Shown one piece after another: positions 1 to 9,204 of a stretch of DNA of 64,000 nucleotides (positions are counted from its first letter, which is position 1; each line of letters starts with the position of its first letter). The notes beneath the pieces are model-generated. The model did not search any database, was not told the DNA's origin, and saw only the letters and a list, made by a program, of their open reading frames with translations. This DNA is from an uncultured Thermoleophilia bacterium (lineage in GTDB: Bacteria; Actinomycetota; Thermoleophilia; UBA2241). The position numbers and the translations under genes are program-made. The DNA is taken from positions 229,837 through 293,836 of the forward strand of contig CAVPXV010000006.1 of the NCBI GenBank assembly GCA_963709845.1. Reading direction: 5' to 3'.

Positions 1-1
1 G

Positions 2-244
2 CGCGACCTGCTGACCACGGAGCCGGACAAGAGGGTGCGCGACTTCATGACCGAGAACCCGGTCGCCGTGAACACACTGACCAGCGAAGAAGAGATCACC
101 GAGGTCATCGCCAAGTACAACCTGCTCGCCCTGCCCGTGGTCGACGAGGAGGGCGAGCTCCACGGCATCATCACCATCGACGACGCCATCGACCTGGTGC
201 TGCCGCTGGCGTGGAAGAAGCGCCTGCCGAGGATCTTCCGTTGA
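2..244 (+). CDS. CBS-domain protein, C-terminal fragment (MgtE-type cytosolic CBS pair without membrane domain); 5' end outside window
   Basis: Frame open from window edge (RDLLTTEPDKRVRDFMTENPVAV...); NLLALPVVDEEGELHGIITIDDAIDLV is a typical CBS unit; stop 242-244, 10 nt before the NRAMP start. Confidence 0.6.
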   Translation, partial: RDLLTTEPDKRVRDFMTENPVAVNTLTSEEEITEVIAKYNLLALPVVDEEGELHGIITIDDAIDLVLPLAWKKRLPRIFR

Positions 245-254
245 GGAGGCCTCG

Positions 255-1529
255 ATGGCGCAGGTGCCTCGTCACGTAGGCCGCAGGCTCGTCGGCCGCA
301 TCGGCCGCAGCCGCCTGATGATCGTCCTGGCCCTTCTGGGGCCGGGCCTCATCTCCGCCGCCTCCGACAACGACGCCGGCGGCGTCACCACCTGGTCGGT
401 GATCGGCGCGCGTTACGGCTACAGCATGCTGTGGCTGCTGCTGCTTATCACGCCCATCCTCGGCGTCACCCAGGAGATGGGCGCGCGCATGGGCGCCGTC
501 ACCGGCAAGGGGCTGGCGGCGCTCATCCGCGAGAAGTTCAGCCTGAGGGTGACGGCCTTCGCCATGCTCGCCCTGCTCGTCGCCAACTTCGGTACGACGG
601 TGGCGGAGTTCTCGGGCGTGGCGGCCGCCTTCGGCCTCGCGCACGTCCCCGCCTGGCTGGCGGTGCCGCCCGTGGCGGTCGGCGTGTGGCTCCTCGTGAC
701 ACGCGGCAACTACCGCAAGGTCGAGCGCGTGTTCCTCGTGCTGACGGCGATCTACGTGGCGTACTTCATCGCCGGGTTCCTGGCGCGCCCCGACTGGGCA
801 GCCGCCGTGCACGGCACGGTGGTGCCGCACGCGCAGCTCAACAGCCTCTGGCTGCTCACCGCCATCGCCGCCATCGGCACCACGATCACGCCCTGGGGCC
901 AGTTCTTCATCCAGGCCTACGTGGTGGACAAGCGCATCGGGATCCGCGACTACATCTACACGAAGTGGGAGGTCTACGGCGGCGCGGTCTTCACGGACGC
1001 GGTCGACCTGTTCATCGTCCTGGCGTGCGCCGCGACCCTCTACGAGCACGGCATCGTCGTGGACACGGCGCAGGACGCGGCGCGGGCACTGGAACCGCTG
1101 GCCGGCCAGGCCGCGTCGCTGCTCTTCGGCTTCGGCCTGCTCAACGTCTCGATCCTCGGCGCCTGCATCCTGCCGCTGACGACGGCCTACGCGGTCACCG
1201 AGGCGTTCGGGTTCGAGAGCGGGCTCGACAAGAAGCGGGCCGAGGCGCCGGCGTTCCACGGGCTGATCACGGCGTTCATCCTCGTGCCGGCGCTGGTCGC
1301 GATCATCCCGGGCCTGCCGCTCGTCAAGGTCATCGTCCTCAGCCAGGACGTCAACGGCATCCTGCTGCCCATCATCCTCATCTACGTCCTCAAGATCATC
1401 AACGATCCGGGCGTGATGGGCGATCACGTGAACGGTCGAGTCTACAACGTCGTCGCGTGGGCCTTCTCCGTGGCGCTGATCGGCCTCTCGGTGACGCTGG
1501 TCGCGTCGACGTTCCTGTTCCGCGGCTGA
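255..1529 (+). CDS. mntH: NRAMP-family divalent metal cation (Mn2+/Fe2+) transporter
   Basis: 424-aa multi-TM ORF; Nramp signature regions GPGLISAASDNDAGGVTTWS, ILGVTQEMGARMGAVTGKGL, TITPWGQFFIQAYVVDK. Confidence 0.85.
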   Translation: MAQVPRHVGRRLVGRIGRSRLMIVLALLGPGLISAASDNDAGGVTTWSVIGARYGYSMLWLLLLITPILGVTQEMGARMGAVTGKGLAALIREKFSLRVTAFAMLALLVANFGTTVAEFSGVAAAFGLAHVPAWLAVPPVAVGVWLLVTRGNYRKVERVFLVLTAIYVAYFIAGFLARPDWAAAVHGTVVPHAQLNSLWLLTAIAAIGTTITPWGQFFIQAYVVDKRIGIRDYIYTKWEVYGGAVFTDAVDLFIVLACAATLYEHGIVVDTAQDAARALEPLAGQAASLLFGFGLLNVSILGACILPLTTAYAVTEAFGFESGLDKKRAEAPAFHGLITAFILVPALVAIIPGLPLVKVIVLSQDVNGILLPIILIYVLKIINDPGVMGDHVNGRVYNVVAWAFSVALIGLSVTLVASTFLFRG

Positions 1530-1537
1530 CGGGCGCG

Positions 1538-2473
1538 CTAGCTGCCGTCGACGCGGTCGTGCGAGCGCGGCTCGATGTGCACGAGCACGTCGGCGTTGGG
1601 CACGCAGGCCCTGATGTCGGAGGCGATGTGCTCGGCCGTCTCGTGCGCCGCGGCCACCGTCAGCGTCTCGTCCACGGTGACGTGCAGGTCGATGTGGCGG
1701 CGGCTGCCCGCCTGCCGCGCACGCAGCTTGTGGTAGCCCCAGATGAGGTCGCCGCGGTGGGCGACGACGCACTGGCGGATCATCTCGAGCTCCTCCTCCG
1801 GCAGCGTCTGGTCGAGCAGGACGCGCGTCGACTGGATCACGAGCAGATAGCCGGTGCGGATGATGAGCAGGGCGACGGCGATGGCGATGATCGGGTCGAA
1901 GTAGGCCCACCCCGTGATCTGCACGAGCAGGAGGCCGCCGGCCACGCCGAACGACGTGTACACGTCGGTGAGCAGGTGGGCGGCGTCCGCCTCGAGCGCA
2001 GCCGACTCCGTGCGCCGCGCCACCGGGTAGAGCACCCTGCGCGACACGAGAAGGTTGACGATGCCCGAGAGCACCATCACGCCGATGCCCAGCCAGATGT
2101 GGTCGAGGTGCGGGCCGTGGATGATCTTGAGCACGCCCTCGTAGATGATCACGCCGGCGGCGGCGATGATGAGCAGCGCCTCGATGACGCCGCTCAGGTT
2201 CTCGACCTTCTCGTGCCCGTAGTGGTGGCGCGCGTCCGGCGGCTCGGAGGCCTTGCGCACGGAGTAGAAGGCGATGATCGCCGCCACGAGGTCGGAGCCC
2301 GAGTGCAGCGCCTCGGAGATGATCGCGATGGACCCCGAGAGGATGCCGACCGCGAGCTTGAAGGCGATGAGCGCCGAGTTGGAGGCGATCGAGATCGCCG
2401 CGGCGCGCGACTTCTCGTGCCGGTCTTTCAGGGGGTCGTAGGGGACCTCGGGCTCACGATCGTCCGTCACCAC
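1538..2473 (-). CDS. cation diffusion facilitator (CDF) family metal efflux transporter
   Basis: Frame of ORF 1538..2626; SNSALIAFKLAVGILSGSIAIISEALHSGSDL and HHYGHEKVE motifs, 6 TM plus cytoplasmic C-domain; start trimmed to GTG 2473 because the upstream part is Arg/Pro-rich and runs through rdgB. Confidence 0.85.
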   Translation of the reverse strand: MVTDDREPEVPYDPLKDRHEKSRAAAISIASNSALIAFKLAVGILSGSIAIISEALHSGSDLVAAIIAFYSVRKASEPPDARHHYGHEKVENLSGVIEALLIIAAAGVIIYEGVLKIIHGPHLDHIWLGIGVMVLSGIVNLLVSRRVLYPVARRTESAALEADAAHLLTDVYTSFGVAGGLLLVQITGWAYFDPIIAIAVALLIIRTGYLLVIQSTRVLLDQTLPEEELEMIRQCVVAHRGDLIWGYHKLRARQAGSRRHIDLHVTVDETLTVAAAHETAEHIASDIRACVPNADVLVHIEPRSHDRVDGS

Positions 2474-3134
2474 GCAGCACGCCCTCCTGTCGCAACCGTT
2501 CGAGGAGGGCCCTACCGGCCAGTGCGCGGTGGCTGGCCTGGTCCTTGGCTTCCTGCGGCCACTCGGCCACAGTGAGGTCTGACCCCTCCGGGACGAAGAC
2601 GGGGTCGTATCCGAACCCGCCTTCACCGCGCGGCGCCTCGGCGATGGCGCCCCACCAGCATCCCGTCGCAGGGTAGTGTGCCATACGCGGCGTCACGGCC
2701 ACAACTGAGCAGATGAAGCGCGCCCGGCGCGCGAGCGGGCCGGCGTGGCCGGCGAGCTCGCGCAGAAGGCGCGCCACGTTGGCGGCGTCGGCGCCGGGCC
2801 CGTCCACGCCCGCGTAGCGGGCGCTGGTGACGCCCGGCGCCCAGCCCAGCGCCTCCACCTCGAGCCCCGAGTCGTCGGCGATGGACAGCAGCTCCTCCTC
2901 CCCGCCGGCCGGATCCTCGATCTCCCGCCTCAGAGCGGAGTCGCCCGCCAGGCGCGCCGCCAGCCACGTGGCCTTGGCGAGCGCGTTGTCGGCGAACGAC
3001 TCGACGCCCTCGGGCGGAAGCCTGAGCCCCTCCGGCATGGCCACGACCGCGTGCGGCCGAAGGATGCCGCGGAACTCGCGGAGCTTGTGACTGTTGCCGG
3101 TGGCGAGGACGAAGCGCACGCCGGGGCCGCTCAC
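2454..3134 (-). CDS. rdgB: dITP/XTP pyrophosphatase (RdgB/HAM1 family)
   Basis: 226-aa ORF; FVLATGNSHKLREF N-terminus, IADDSGLEVEAL, GFGYDPVFVPEG motifs; 4-nt overlap with rph. Confidence 0.9.
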   Translation of the reverse strand: MSGPGVRFVLATGNSHKLREFRGILRPHAVVAMPEGLRLPPEGVESFADNALAKATWLAARLAGDSALRREIEDPAGGEEELLSIADDSGLEVEALGWAPGVTSARYAGVDGPGADAANVARLLRELAGHAGPLARRARFICSVVAVTPRMAHYPATGCWWGAIAEAPRGEGGFGYDPVFVPEGSDLTVAEWPQEAKDQASHRALAGRALLERLRQEGVLRGDGRS

Positions 3135-3880
3135 TCGAGCGCCGCGACCGCCGCCGCCTGCGCGGCGCTGATCGCCGCTCCGCCGGCCACGGCCAGGTCG
3201 AGCATCTCGTCCAGGGTCGCGCGAGCGTAGGGCTCGCCCTCGGCGGTCGCCTGGACCTCGACGAGCCTGCCCTCGCCGGTGAGGACGACGTTCATGTCCA
3301 CCGCCGCCGCCGAGTCCTCCTGGTAGTCGAGGTCGAGGAGCACCTGGCCGTCCACGACGCCGACCGAGACGGCACAGAGGCTGTCGAACAGCGGCAGCTC
3401 GTGCAGCCCCAGCATGTCCTTGAGCTTGAGGGCGACCTCGTAGACGGCGACGTAGGCGCCGGTGATGCCCGCGGTGCGCGTCCCGCCGTCGGCCTGCAGC
3501 ACGTCGCAGTCGACGGTCACGGTGCGCTCGCCGATGATGCCCAGATCGACGACGCCGCGCAGGCTGCGGCCGATGAGGCGCTGGATCTCCATCGTGCGCC
3601 CGGACTGGCGCCCGCGCACCGCCTCACGCGCGCCGCGCGTCGGCGTGGCGCCGGGCAGCATGCTGTACTCGGCCGTGAGCCAGCCGCGGCCGGACCCGCG
3701 CAGCCAGCCCGGCACGCCCTCGGCGAGCGACGCCGTGCAGAGCACGTGCGTGTCCCCGAGCTCGATGCGCGCCGAGCCGGCGGCGAACTTGGCGACCGCC
3801 GGCTCGATGCGCAGCGGCCGGGCCTCGTCGGCTCCGCGTCCTGTCCTCACGGGATCCTCCTCCGGCCGCCGTGCGGCCAT
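3131..3880 (-). CDS. rph: ribonuclease PH
   Basis: 249-aa ORF; GSARIELGDTHVLC, MEIQRLIGRSLR, DCDVLQADGGTRTAGITGAYVA motifs. Confidence 0.92.
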   Translation of the reverse strand: MAARRPEEDPVRTGRGADEARPLRIEPAVAKFAAGSARIELGDTHVLCTASLAEGVPGWLRGSGRGWLTAEYSMLPGATPTRGAREAVRGRQSGRTMEIQRLIGRSLRGVVDLGIIGERTVTVDCDVLQADGGTRTAGITGAYVAVYEVALKLKDMLGLHELPLFDSLCAVSVGVVDGQVLLDLDYQEDSAAAVDMNVVLTGEGRLVEVQATAEGEPYARATLDEMLDLAVAGGAAISAAQAAAVAALE

Positions 3881-3890
3881 GCGGCGGCTT

Positions 3891-4373
3891 CTAGGCCGCC
3901 GGTCGCGTCAGTCCCAACCATCCGCCGCGGCGCCTGACGAGCACCAGCAGCGCCGCGCCGGCCGTGGCCATCACGGCCGCCTCGCCCGCGGCGACCCAGA
4001 CGGCGCTCGCCCAGAAGGGCAGGTCGAGCACCACGGCGAGCATCGCCGCCACGCCCAGGCCGTTGACCACGACGGGCACCACCAGCGCCGGCCAGCGCGG
4101 CCCGATGCGGTACATCATGGCGGCCGTCACGAGCGTGAGCAGCGACCCGAACACGATGTCCACGACGAACATCGGGCTGCCGAGATTGCCCATCGCCGTC
4201 CCCACCGTGAGGCCGACGACGGCCGCCGGGTCGACGCAGGCGAAGACGAGGAGCGCCTCCGCCAAGCGGAACTGGATCTGCCCGTAGGCCAGCGCGTTCA
4301 GGCCGGGCGCCAGGGTGAGCGCCGCATACAGCGCGGCGTACACCGCCGCGCGCGTCAGGTACCGGCTGCTCAC
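3891..4373 (-). CDS. queT: QueT-family (queuosine precursor) transporter-like membrane protein
   Basis: 160-aa, about 5 TM; AYGQIQFRLAEALLVF and DIVFGSLLTLVTAAMMY resemble QueT; start overlaps murI stop by 4 nt. Confidence 0.6.
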   Translation of the reverse strand: MSSRYLTRAAVYAALYAALTLAPGLNALAYGQIQFRLAEALLVFACVDPAAVVGLTVGTAMGNLGSPMFVVDIVFGSLLTLVTAAMMYRIGPRWPALVVPVVVNGLGVAAMLAVVLDLPFWASAVWVAAGEAAVMATAGAALLVLVRRRGGWLGLTRPAA

Positions 4374-5224
4374 GGGGCGACGAGAGCGTCCAGCGTCTCC
4401 AGCGACAGGGGACGCACGCGAGTGAGCGGCATCTGCAGGAAGCGGGCGCCGACGGCGCGGAAGGCCTCGGCGTCGCCCGTCGTATAGAAGCGATAGGACC
4501 CCACCCGGTCATCGGTGCGCGCCAGCCCCTGCCGGCGCAGCGTCTCCTCGACCTCGCGGGCGATCTCGGCCGCCGGGTTGACCAGGGTGACGTCCCGGCC
4601 GAAGAAGCGCTGCAGCATCGGCGCCACGAGCGGGTAGTGCGTGCAGCCCATGATCACCACGTCTGGGCGGCGCGCCTTCAGCGGCTCCGTGAACGCGCGC
4701 ACCGCGTCGGCGAGCTGCTGGCTGGCGACATCGCCTTCCTCGATGAACTGCACGAGACCAGGCGCCGCCTGCTGGATCACCTCGGCGCCCTCGTCGAGGC
4801 TCCTGATGGCGCGCGGATAGGCGCCGCTCGCCACGGTGGCCTCGGTGGCCAGCACGCCGATGCGCCGGTAGCGCGAGCTCTGCACGGCGGCCCGTGCCCC
4901 GGGCATGATCACGCCCACGATCGGCGTGGCGAAGCGCTCCTGGAGCAGCGGCAGAGCCGCCGACGTCGCCGAGTAGCAGGCCACGATGACCAGCTTGACC
5001 GGGACGGTCTCGAGGAACGCGGTGATCTGGCGGGCGTACAGCTCGAGCTCGGGAGCGGACTTCTCTCCGTAGGGGAATCGCGCCGTGTCGCCCACGTAGG
5101 CGAAGTTCTCGTTCGGCAGCCGGACCAGGCACTCGTGCAGCACGGTGAGCCCGCCCAGGCCTGAGTCGAACATGCCGATGGGCAGCGAGGCGGCGTCGTG
5201 GATGTCGGCGGAGGGATCGGTCAT
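4370..5224 (-). CDS. murI: glutamate racemase
   Basis: Frame of ORF 4370..5569; IGMFDSGLGGLTVLHE, VIVACYSATSAAL, MGCTHYPL motifs; start set to ATG 5224 (MTDPSADIHD...), upstream extension is junk. Confidence 0.9.
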   Translation of the reverse strand: MTDPSADIHDAASLPIGMFDSGLGGLTVLHECLVRLPNENFAYVGDTARFPYGEKSAPELELYARQITAFLETVPVKLVIVACYSATSAALPLLQERFATPIVGVIMPGARAAVQSSRYRRIGVLATEATVASGAYPRAIRSLDEGAEVIQQAAPGLVQFIEEGDVASQQLADAVRAFTEPLKARRPDVVIMGCTHYPLVAPMLQRFFGRDVTLVNPAAEIAREVEETLRRQGLARTDDRVGSYRFYTTGDAEAFRAVGARFLQMPLTRVRPLSLETLDALVAP

Positions 5225-5410
5225 GGGGGCCACGCGCCTGGTAGGCGCCTGAGTAGTATCCCCCACGCCCCGCGACAGTGTCCAGACGGGGCCCCCGCAG
5301 GGCCGCGTTGCCCGGACTGTCAACGGCATTCCGGCGCCCGCCGAGGGCGAGCGATAAAGCGCCGCGCACGCGGTTCCGATAGGGAGGGTGAGAGGAGGGG
5401 CCCCGAGCCA

Positions 5411-5891
5411 ATGGCCGGGGCGACGCGGATGGCCGATGACGAGAGGATCGAGCTCTTCATCTTCCCGGACGGGACTGCGGTCGAGATGATCGTGTTCGAG
5501 CACGCCGGCGCCCCCGTCGCCGAGCAGCTCGGCACCCCGGCGCCTCCCCGAGCGCGGCGCCGCCCCCACATGCGCGGCGCCGCCACCGCAGCTGGCCGGC
5601 GACGAGGCGCGCCAGTGCCCCGTGTGCGGCAGCCGCCTCGTCTACCCCGTCGACTGGGACCGCCGCGACCACGCCACGTGGATACTGAGCCTGCGCTGCC
5701 CGGAGTGCGAGACGCAGCGCCACGTGCTGCTGGACCGCGCCGGCGTCGAGGAGTTCAACCGGGAGCTTTACTTCGGGACCCAGGCCCTCGCGCGCGAGGC
5801 CGACCTCATGTCGCGGCGCAACTTCGAGGAAGAGGCGGCCAAGATCGTCGCCGCCCTCGGACGGGACCTCATCCTGCCGATGGACTTCTAG
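5411..5891 (+). pseudogene. small zinc-ribbon protein, frame-disrupted in this sequence
   Basis: N-terminus MAGATRMADDERIELFIFPDGTAVEMIVFEHAGAPVAEQLG in the frame of ORF 5198..5959. C-terminal part ...ARQCPVCGSRLVYPVDWDRRDHATWILSLRCPECETQRH... in the frame of ORF 5622..5891. The first Cys pair lies upstream of any ATG/GTG/TTG in its frame. Confidence 0.45.
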
Positions 5892-6777
5892 CGGCAGCAG
5901 CGCTCCCCGTGTTCGTCAGCCAGACCCCCGCGACCACCACCGCCGCCGCCACCGCCTGACCGGCGCTGAAGCGTTCGCCCAGCACGACGAAGGCGAACGC
6001 CACACCGACGATCGGCGTGAGGTTGATGAACACGCTCAATCGGCTCGCCTCGATGAAGCGGAAGGCGTAGTTGAGCAGCAGGTAGGCGAGCACCGAGCAC
6101 ACCACCGTGAGGAAGAGGACGCCGCCGACGGCGTCGGGGCGTGGCTGGCGCACGCCGACCACAGCCGCTTCGATCAAGGCCAGCGGCAGCATGAAGGCCG
6201 CCCCGAAGAGGTTCTGGAAGGTCGTGACGTACAGCGCGGAGCGGTGCGCGAGCAGGCTCCGCGCCATGATGCTGTACACGCCGGCCGAGAGCGAGGCGGC
6301 GAGCACGAGCAGGTTGCCGAGGACGCCGCCCCCGCCGCCCGAGCCGCCGAGCAGGACGAGCGCCGCGATGCCGGCGAACGAGAGCCCGATGCCCACCCAC
6401 TGCCGCGCGGCGTTGCGCTCGTGCAGCGTGAACTCGTTGAGCACGGCGACGAAGATCGGGATGGTGGCGATGAGGATCGCCGCCGCCGAGGCGCTCGTGT
6501 GCGCGATGCCGATGTTCTCGAAGCTGAAGTAGATGGTCAGGGAGACGAACCCCATGAGCGCGAGGCGGCCGGCGTCGGCGCGCGTGAGGCGCTCGCGGGT
6601 GGGGCGCAGCCGCCACAGCGCCCAGAGGATGCCGCCCGCCAGCGTGAAGCGAAGGAGCGCGATGAGCAGCGGCTCGAAGCCGCGCAGGGCGATCTTGGTG
6701 GCCACGAACGACATGCCGAAGGCCAGGGGCATGCCGAGAGCGGCGGCGTAGGCGGAAGCGGGAGGGCGGGCGCTCAT
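5869..6777 (-). CDS. EamA/DMT-family transporter
   Basis: 302-aa, 10 TM, two EamA-like halves (VATKIALRGFEPLLIALLRF...; LLNYAFRFIEASRLSVFINLTPIVGV). Confidence 0.8.
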   Translation of the reverse strand: MSARPPASAYAAALGMPLAFGMSFVATKIALRGFEPLLIALLRFTLAGGILWALWRLRPTRERLTRADAGRLALMGFVSLTIYFSFENIGIAHTSASAAAILIATIPIFVAVLNEFTLHERNAARQWVGIGLSFAGIAALVLLGGSGGGGGVLGNLLVLAASLSAGVYSIMARSLLAHRSALYVTTFQNLFGAAFMLPLALIEAAVVGVRQPRPDAVGGVLFLTVVCSVLAYLLLNYAFRFIEASRLSVFINLTPIVGVAFAFVVLGERFSAGQAVAAAVVVAGVWLTNTGSAAAARSPSAG

Positions 6778-7059
6778 GGGGGAAGCCTATCGCAGGGCCA
6801 AGCCGCGGCGCGGGCTCCTCCCAACGTGCCCGTCGCCGATGAGTCGACGGTCCTGCGCAGGGCAGGCAGGACGCGGTGGAGTCCTCTGCTCCCCGTACGG
6901 GTAGAGCTAGCGCGATGTGATGCTCGGTCGACCGTCATCGGTCGCGGGAGGGGCGGCGACACCAGCCGACACCCCGAAACGCACCTTGCGACGGACCTTC
7001 GAGGAAGTGGCCGATGAGACACCTGGCAAGGGTGTTCGAGTCTTCAAGGAGGCATAGCT

Positions 7060-8100
7060 ATGCGTGCTGCTGTCTTCGCCGGACCTCGCGCAATCGAGGT
7101 CGCCGAGCGGCCTGACCCCATGATCGAAGCGCCCACCGACGCCGTCGTCCGCGTCGTCATGGGGAGCGTCTGCGGCTCCGACCTCTGGTACTACCGCGGG
7201 GAATCCCCCCATGCGCTGGGCCCGATCGGCCACGAGTTCATCGGCGTGGTCGAGCAGGTCGGGTCAGAGGTGCACGGTGTGGCGCAGGGTGACCTTGTCG
7301 TCGCCCCCTTCACGTACAGCGACGGCACGTGCCCTCACTGCCGCGCCGGGTGGCCGTCCCAGTGCGTCGCCGGCGGCTCGTTCGGCAACCACGGGATCGA
7401 CGGCGGCCAGGGGGAGGCTGTGCGGGTCCCGTTCGCGGGCAGCACTCTCGTCCCGGTCCCCGGGTCCGGCCATTCGGACGAGACCATGCGCTCGCTGGTG
7501 ACGCTCTCGGACGTGATGTGCACGGGCCACCACGCCGCCGTGAGCGCCAACGTCAGGGCGGGCGGCGTGGTCGCGGTCGTCGGGGACGGCGCGGTCGGTC
7601 TCTGCGCCGTCATCGCCGCCCGGCGTCTCGGCGCGGAGCGGGTGATCGCTCTCAGCCGCAACCCGGCTCGCCAGGCGCTGGCCCGCTCGTTCGGCGCCAC
7701 CGACATCCTCGCCGAGCGCGGCGACGCCGCGGCCGAAGCGGTGCTCGAGCTGACGGATGGCGTCGGCGTCGACGCCGCCCTCGAGTGCGTCGGTACGGGA
7801 CAGTCGATGGGCACGGCGTTCGCCATCGCGCGCCCCGGCTCAATCGTCGGCGCCGTCGGCGCCCCCCACGGCGTCGTGGTGCCCATCGAGACCGTGATCT
7901 TCCGCGACATCGGCCTGCGCGGAGGCGTGGCACCGGTGCGGAGGTACATCCCTGAGCTCCTCCCCGACGTCCTGGAGGGCCGCATCGACCCCGGGCGCGT
8001 CTTCGACTTCGAGACCGACCTCGAGGGGGTCGCGGAGGGGTACGCGGCCATGGACGAGCGCCGGGCGATCAAGTCGCTCGTGCGCGTGGGGGCTATCTGA
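7060..8100 (+). CDS. zinc-dependent alcohol dehydrogenase family (MDR) oxidoreductase
   Basis: 346 aa; GHEFIGVVEQVGSEV zinc signature, CPHC structural-zinc region, VVGDGAVGL Rossmann motif; AAGGAGG upstream. Confidence 0.85.
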   Translation: MRAAVFAGPRAIEVAERPDPMIEAPTDAVVRVVMGSVCGSDLWYYRGESPHALGPIGHEFIGVVEQVGSEVHGVAQGDLVVAPFTYSDGTCPHCRAGWPSQCVAGGSFGNHGIDGGQGEAVRVPFAGSTLVPVPGSGHSDETMRSLVTLSDVMCTGHHAAVSANVRAGGVVAVVGDGAVGLCAVIAARRLGAERVIALSRNPARQALARSFGATDILAERGDAAAEAVLELTDGVGVDAALECVGTGQSMGTAFAIARPGSIVGAVGAPHGVVVPIETVIFRDIGLRGGVAPVRRYIPELLPDVLEGRIDPGRVFDFETDLEGVAEGYAAMDERRAIKSLVRVGAI

Positions 8101-8101
8101 G

Positions 8102-8944
8102 ATGACACCGCGCACATGGCTCATCACCGGCGTCAGCAGCGGGTTCGGCCGCGAGCTGACCGGGCAACTCCTCGAGCGCGGCGACCTCGTCGTCGGCACC
8201 GTCCGCCGACTGGGCACCGTCGCCGACCTCGTCGAGCAGTACCCGGACAGGTTCCGCCCGGAGCTGCTCGACGTGACCGAGACTGCGGCGATCCGCGACG
8301 TCGTGGACCGGAGCTTCGCCAAGCTCGGACGCATCGACGTCATCGTGAGCAACGCAGGTTACGGCCTCTTCGGCGCCGCCGAGGAGCTCTCCGACGAGCA
8401 GATCGATCACGTCATCGCCACGAACCTGGTCGGCTCGATTCAGCTGATCCGTGCGGTGCTGCCGCATTTGCGTGCGCAGGGCGGCGGGCGCATCGTCCAG
8501 ATGTCTACCTACGGTGGACAGGTCGCGTACCCGGGCAACTCCATGTACCACGCCACGAAGTGGGGCATCGAGGGCTTCGTGGAGTCGGTAGCGCAGGAGG
8601 TCGTTCCGTTCGGGATCGGGATGACGCTCGTCGAGCCCGGAGGAGCCCGCACCGAGTTCCGCTACGGGAGCGCGCGAGTGGCCAAGCTCATGCCCGCCTA
8701 CGACGACAATCCGGCACACGGCTTCCTGCGGATGCTCGATCCCGCGAACGGCCTCGCCCCCGGCGACCCCGCCCGCATGGCAGCCGCTATCATCGCGAGC
8801 GTCGACCAGGAGCCCGCTCCCTTGCGCATGATGCTGGGGTCAGAAGCACTCCGGAACACACTTACGGTGCTCAGAGAGCGAATCGCCGGCTTCGAGGCGC
8901 AGGCGGACCTCGCCAGCTCGACGGATTTCCCGGCCGGGGAGTAA
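8102..8944 (+). CDS. short-chain dehydrogenase/reductase (SDR)
   Basis: 280 aa; TGVSSGFG cofactor motif, NAG, YHATKWG (YxxxK); starts 1 nt after ADH stop. Confidence 0.85.
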   Translation: MTPRTWLITGVSSGFGRELTGQLLERGDLVVGTVRRLGTVADLVEQYPDRFRPELLDVTETAAIRDVVDRSFAKLGRIDVIVSNAGYGLFGAAEELSDEQIDHVIATNLVGSIQLIRAVLPHLRAQGGGRIVQMSTYGGQVAYPGNSMYHATKWGIEGFVESVAQEVVPFGIGMTLVEPGGARTEFRYGSARVAKLMPAYDDNPAHGFLRMLDPANGLAPGDPARMAAAIIASVDQEPAPLRMMLGSEALRNTLTVLRERIAGFEAQADLASSTDFPAGE

Positions 8945-9020
8945 CGGACACGGGAGTGCCGCAGCGCACAGCCTGACACCCGCGTACGTCGCATGGTCAG
9001 CAGACTCATAAGAGAGGAGC

Positions 9021-9183
9021 GACCGGGTAGGCGACCGGGCAGGGACGGAGACAGCACCATGCTGTTTGCAGGAAGAGACGCTGTCGAATTGACAACATTG
9101 GCGCACCTTCAGTGGACAACTCTCGAACCTTCGCCACGAATTGAGGTCGTTGTTCGACGCTCTGTAGCCCGGATGCCAGGGGC
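9021..9183 (-). repeat. decayed copy of tRNA-Arg plus its 3' flank (copy A of a diverged direct duplication; partner 20401..20546)
   Basis: 22-mer GACCGGGTAGGCGACCGGGCAG (9021-9042) matches 20401-20422 at 21/22. Flank is about 65-70% similar by eye with a 10-nt indel. GACAACATTGGCGCACC vs GACAACGATTGGTGCCCC. T-arm TCGAACCTTCG identical (9123-9133 vs 20488-20498). CGCTCTGTAGCCC vs CGCTCTAATCCCC at matching spacing. Anticodon arm not recognisable. Confidence 0.45.
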
Positions 9184-9204
9184 TTGAGTCGCCCGCTCGA
9201 GCTA

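Noticed and set aside
171-2575. Very long ORFs on the opposite strand or in alternative frames of real genes (171..1910 -, 431..2575 +; likewise 14099..16060 +, 21443..23533 +, 42579..44138 +, 44152..45930 +, 49463..51142 -)
   Set aside because: Their translations are Arg/Ala/Pro/Gly/His-rich with no motifs. They fully overlap ORFs with clear family signatures. Such stop-free frames are expected at about 70% GC.
4370-4400. preQ1 riboswitch upstream of queT
   Set aside because: The queT start overlaps the murI stop by 4 nt, so there is no leader to hold a riboswitch.
9098-9183. Second functional tRNA gene
   Set aside because: Only acceptor, D-arm and T-arm fragments are recognisable. No 5-bp anticodon stem with a 7-nt loop can be drawn, and there are insertions in the T-arm/acceptor region.
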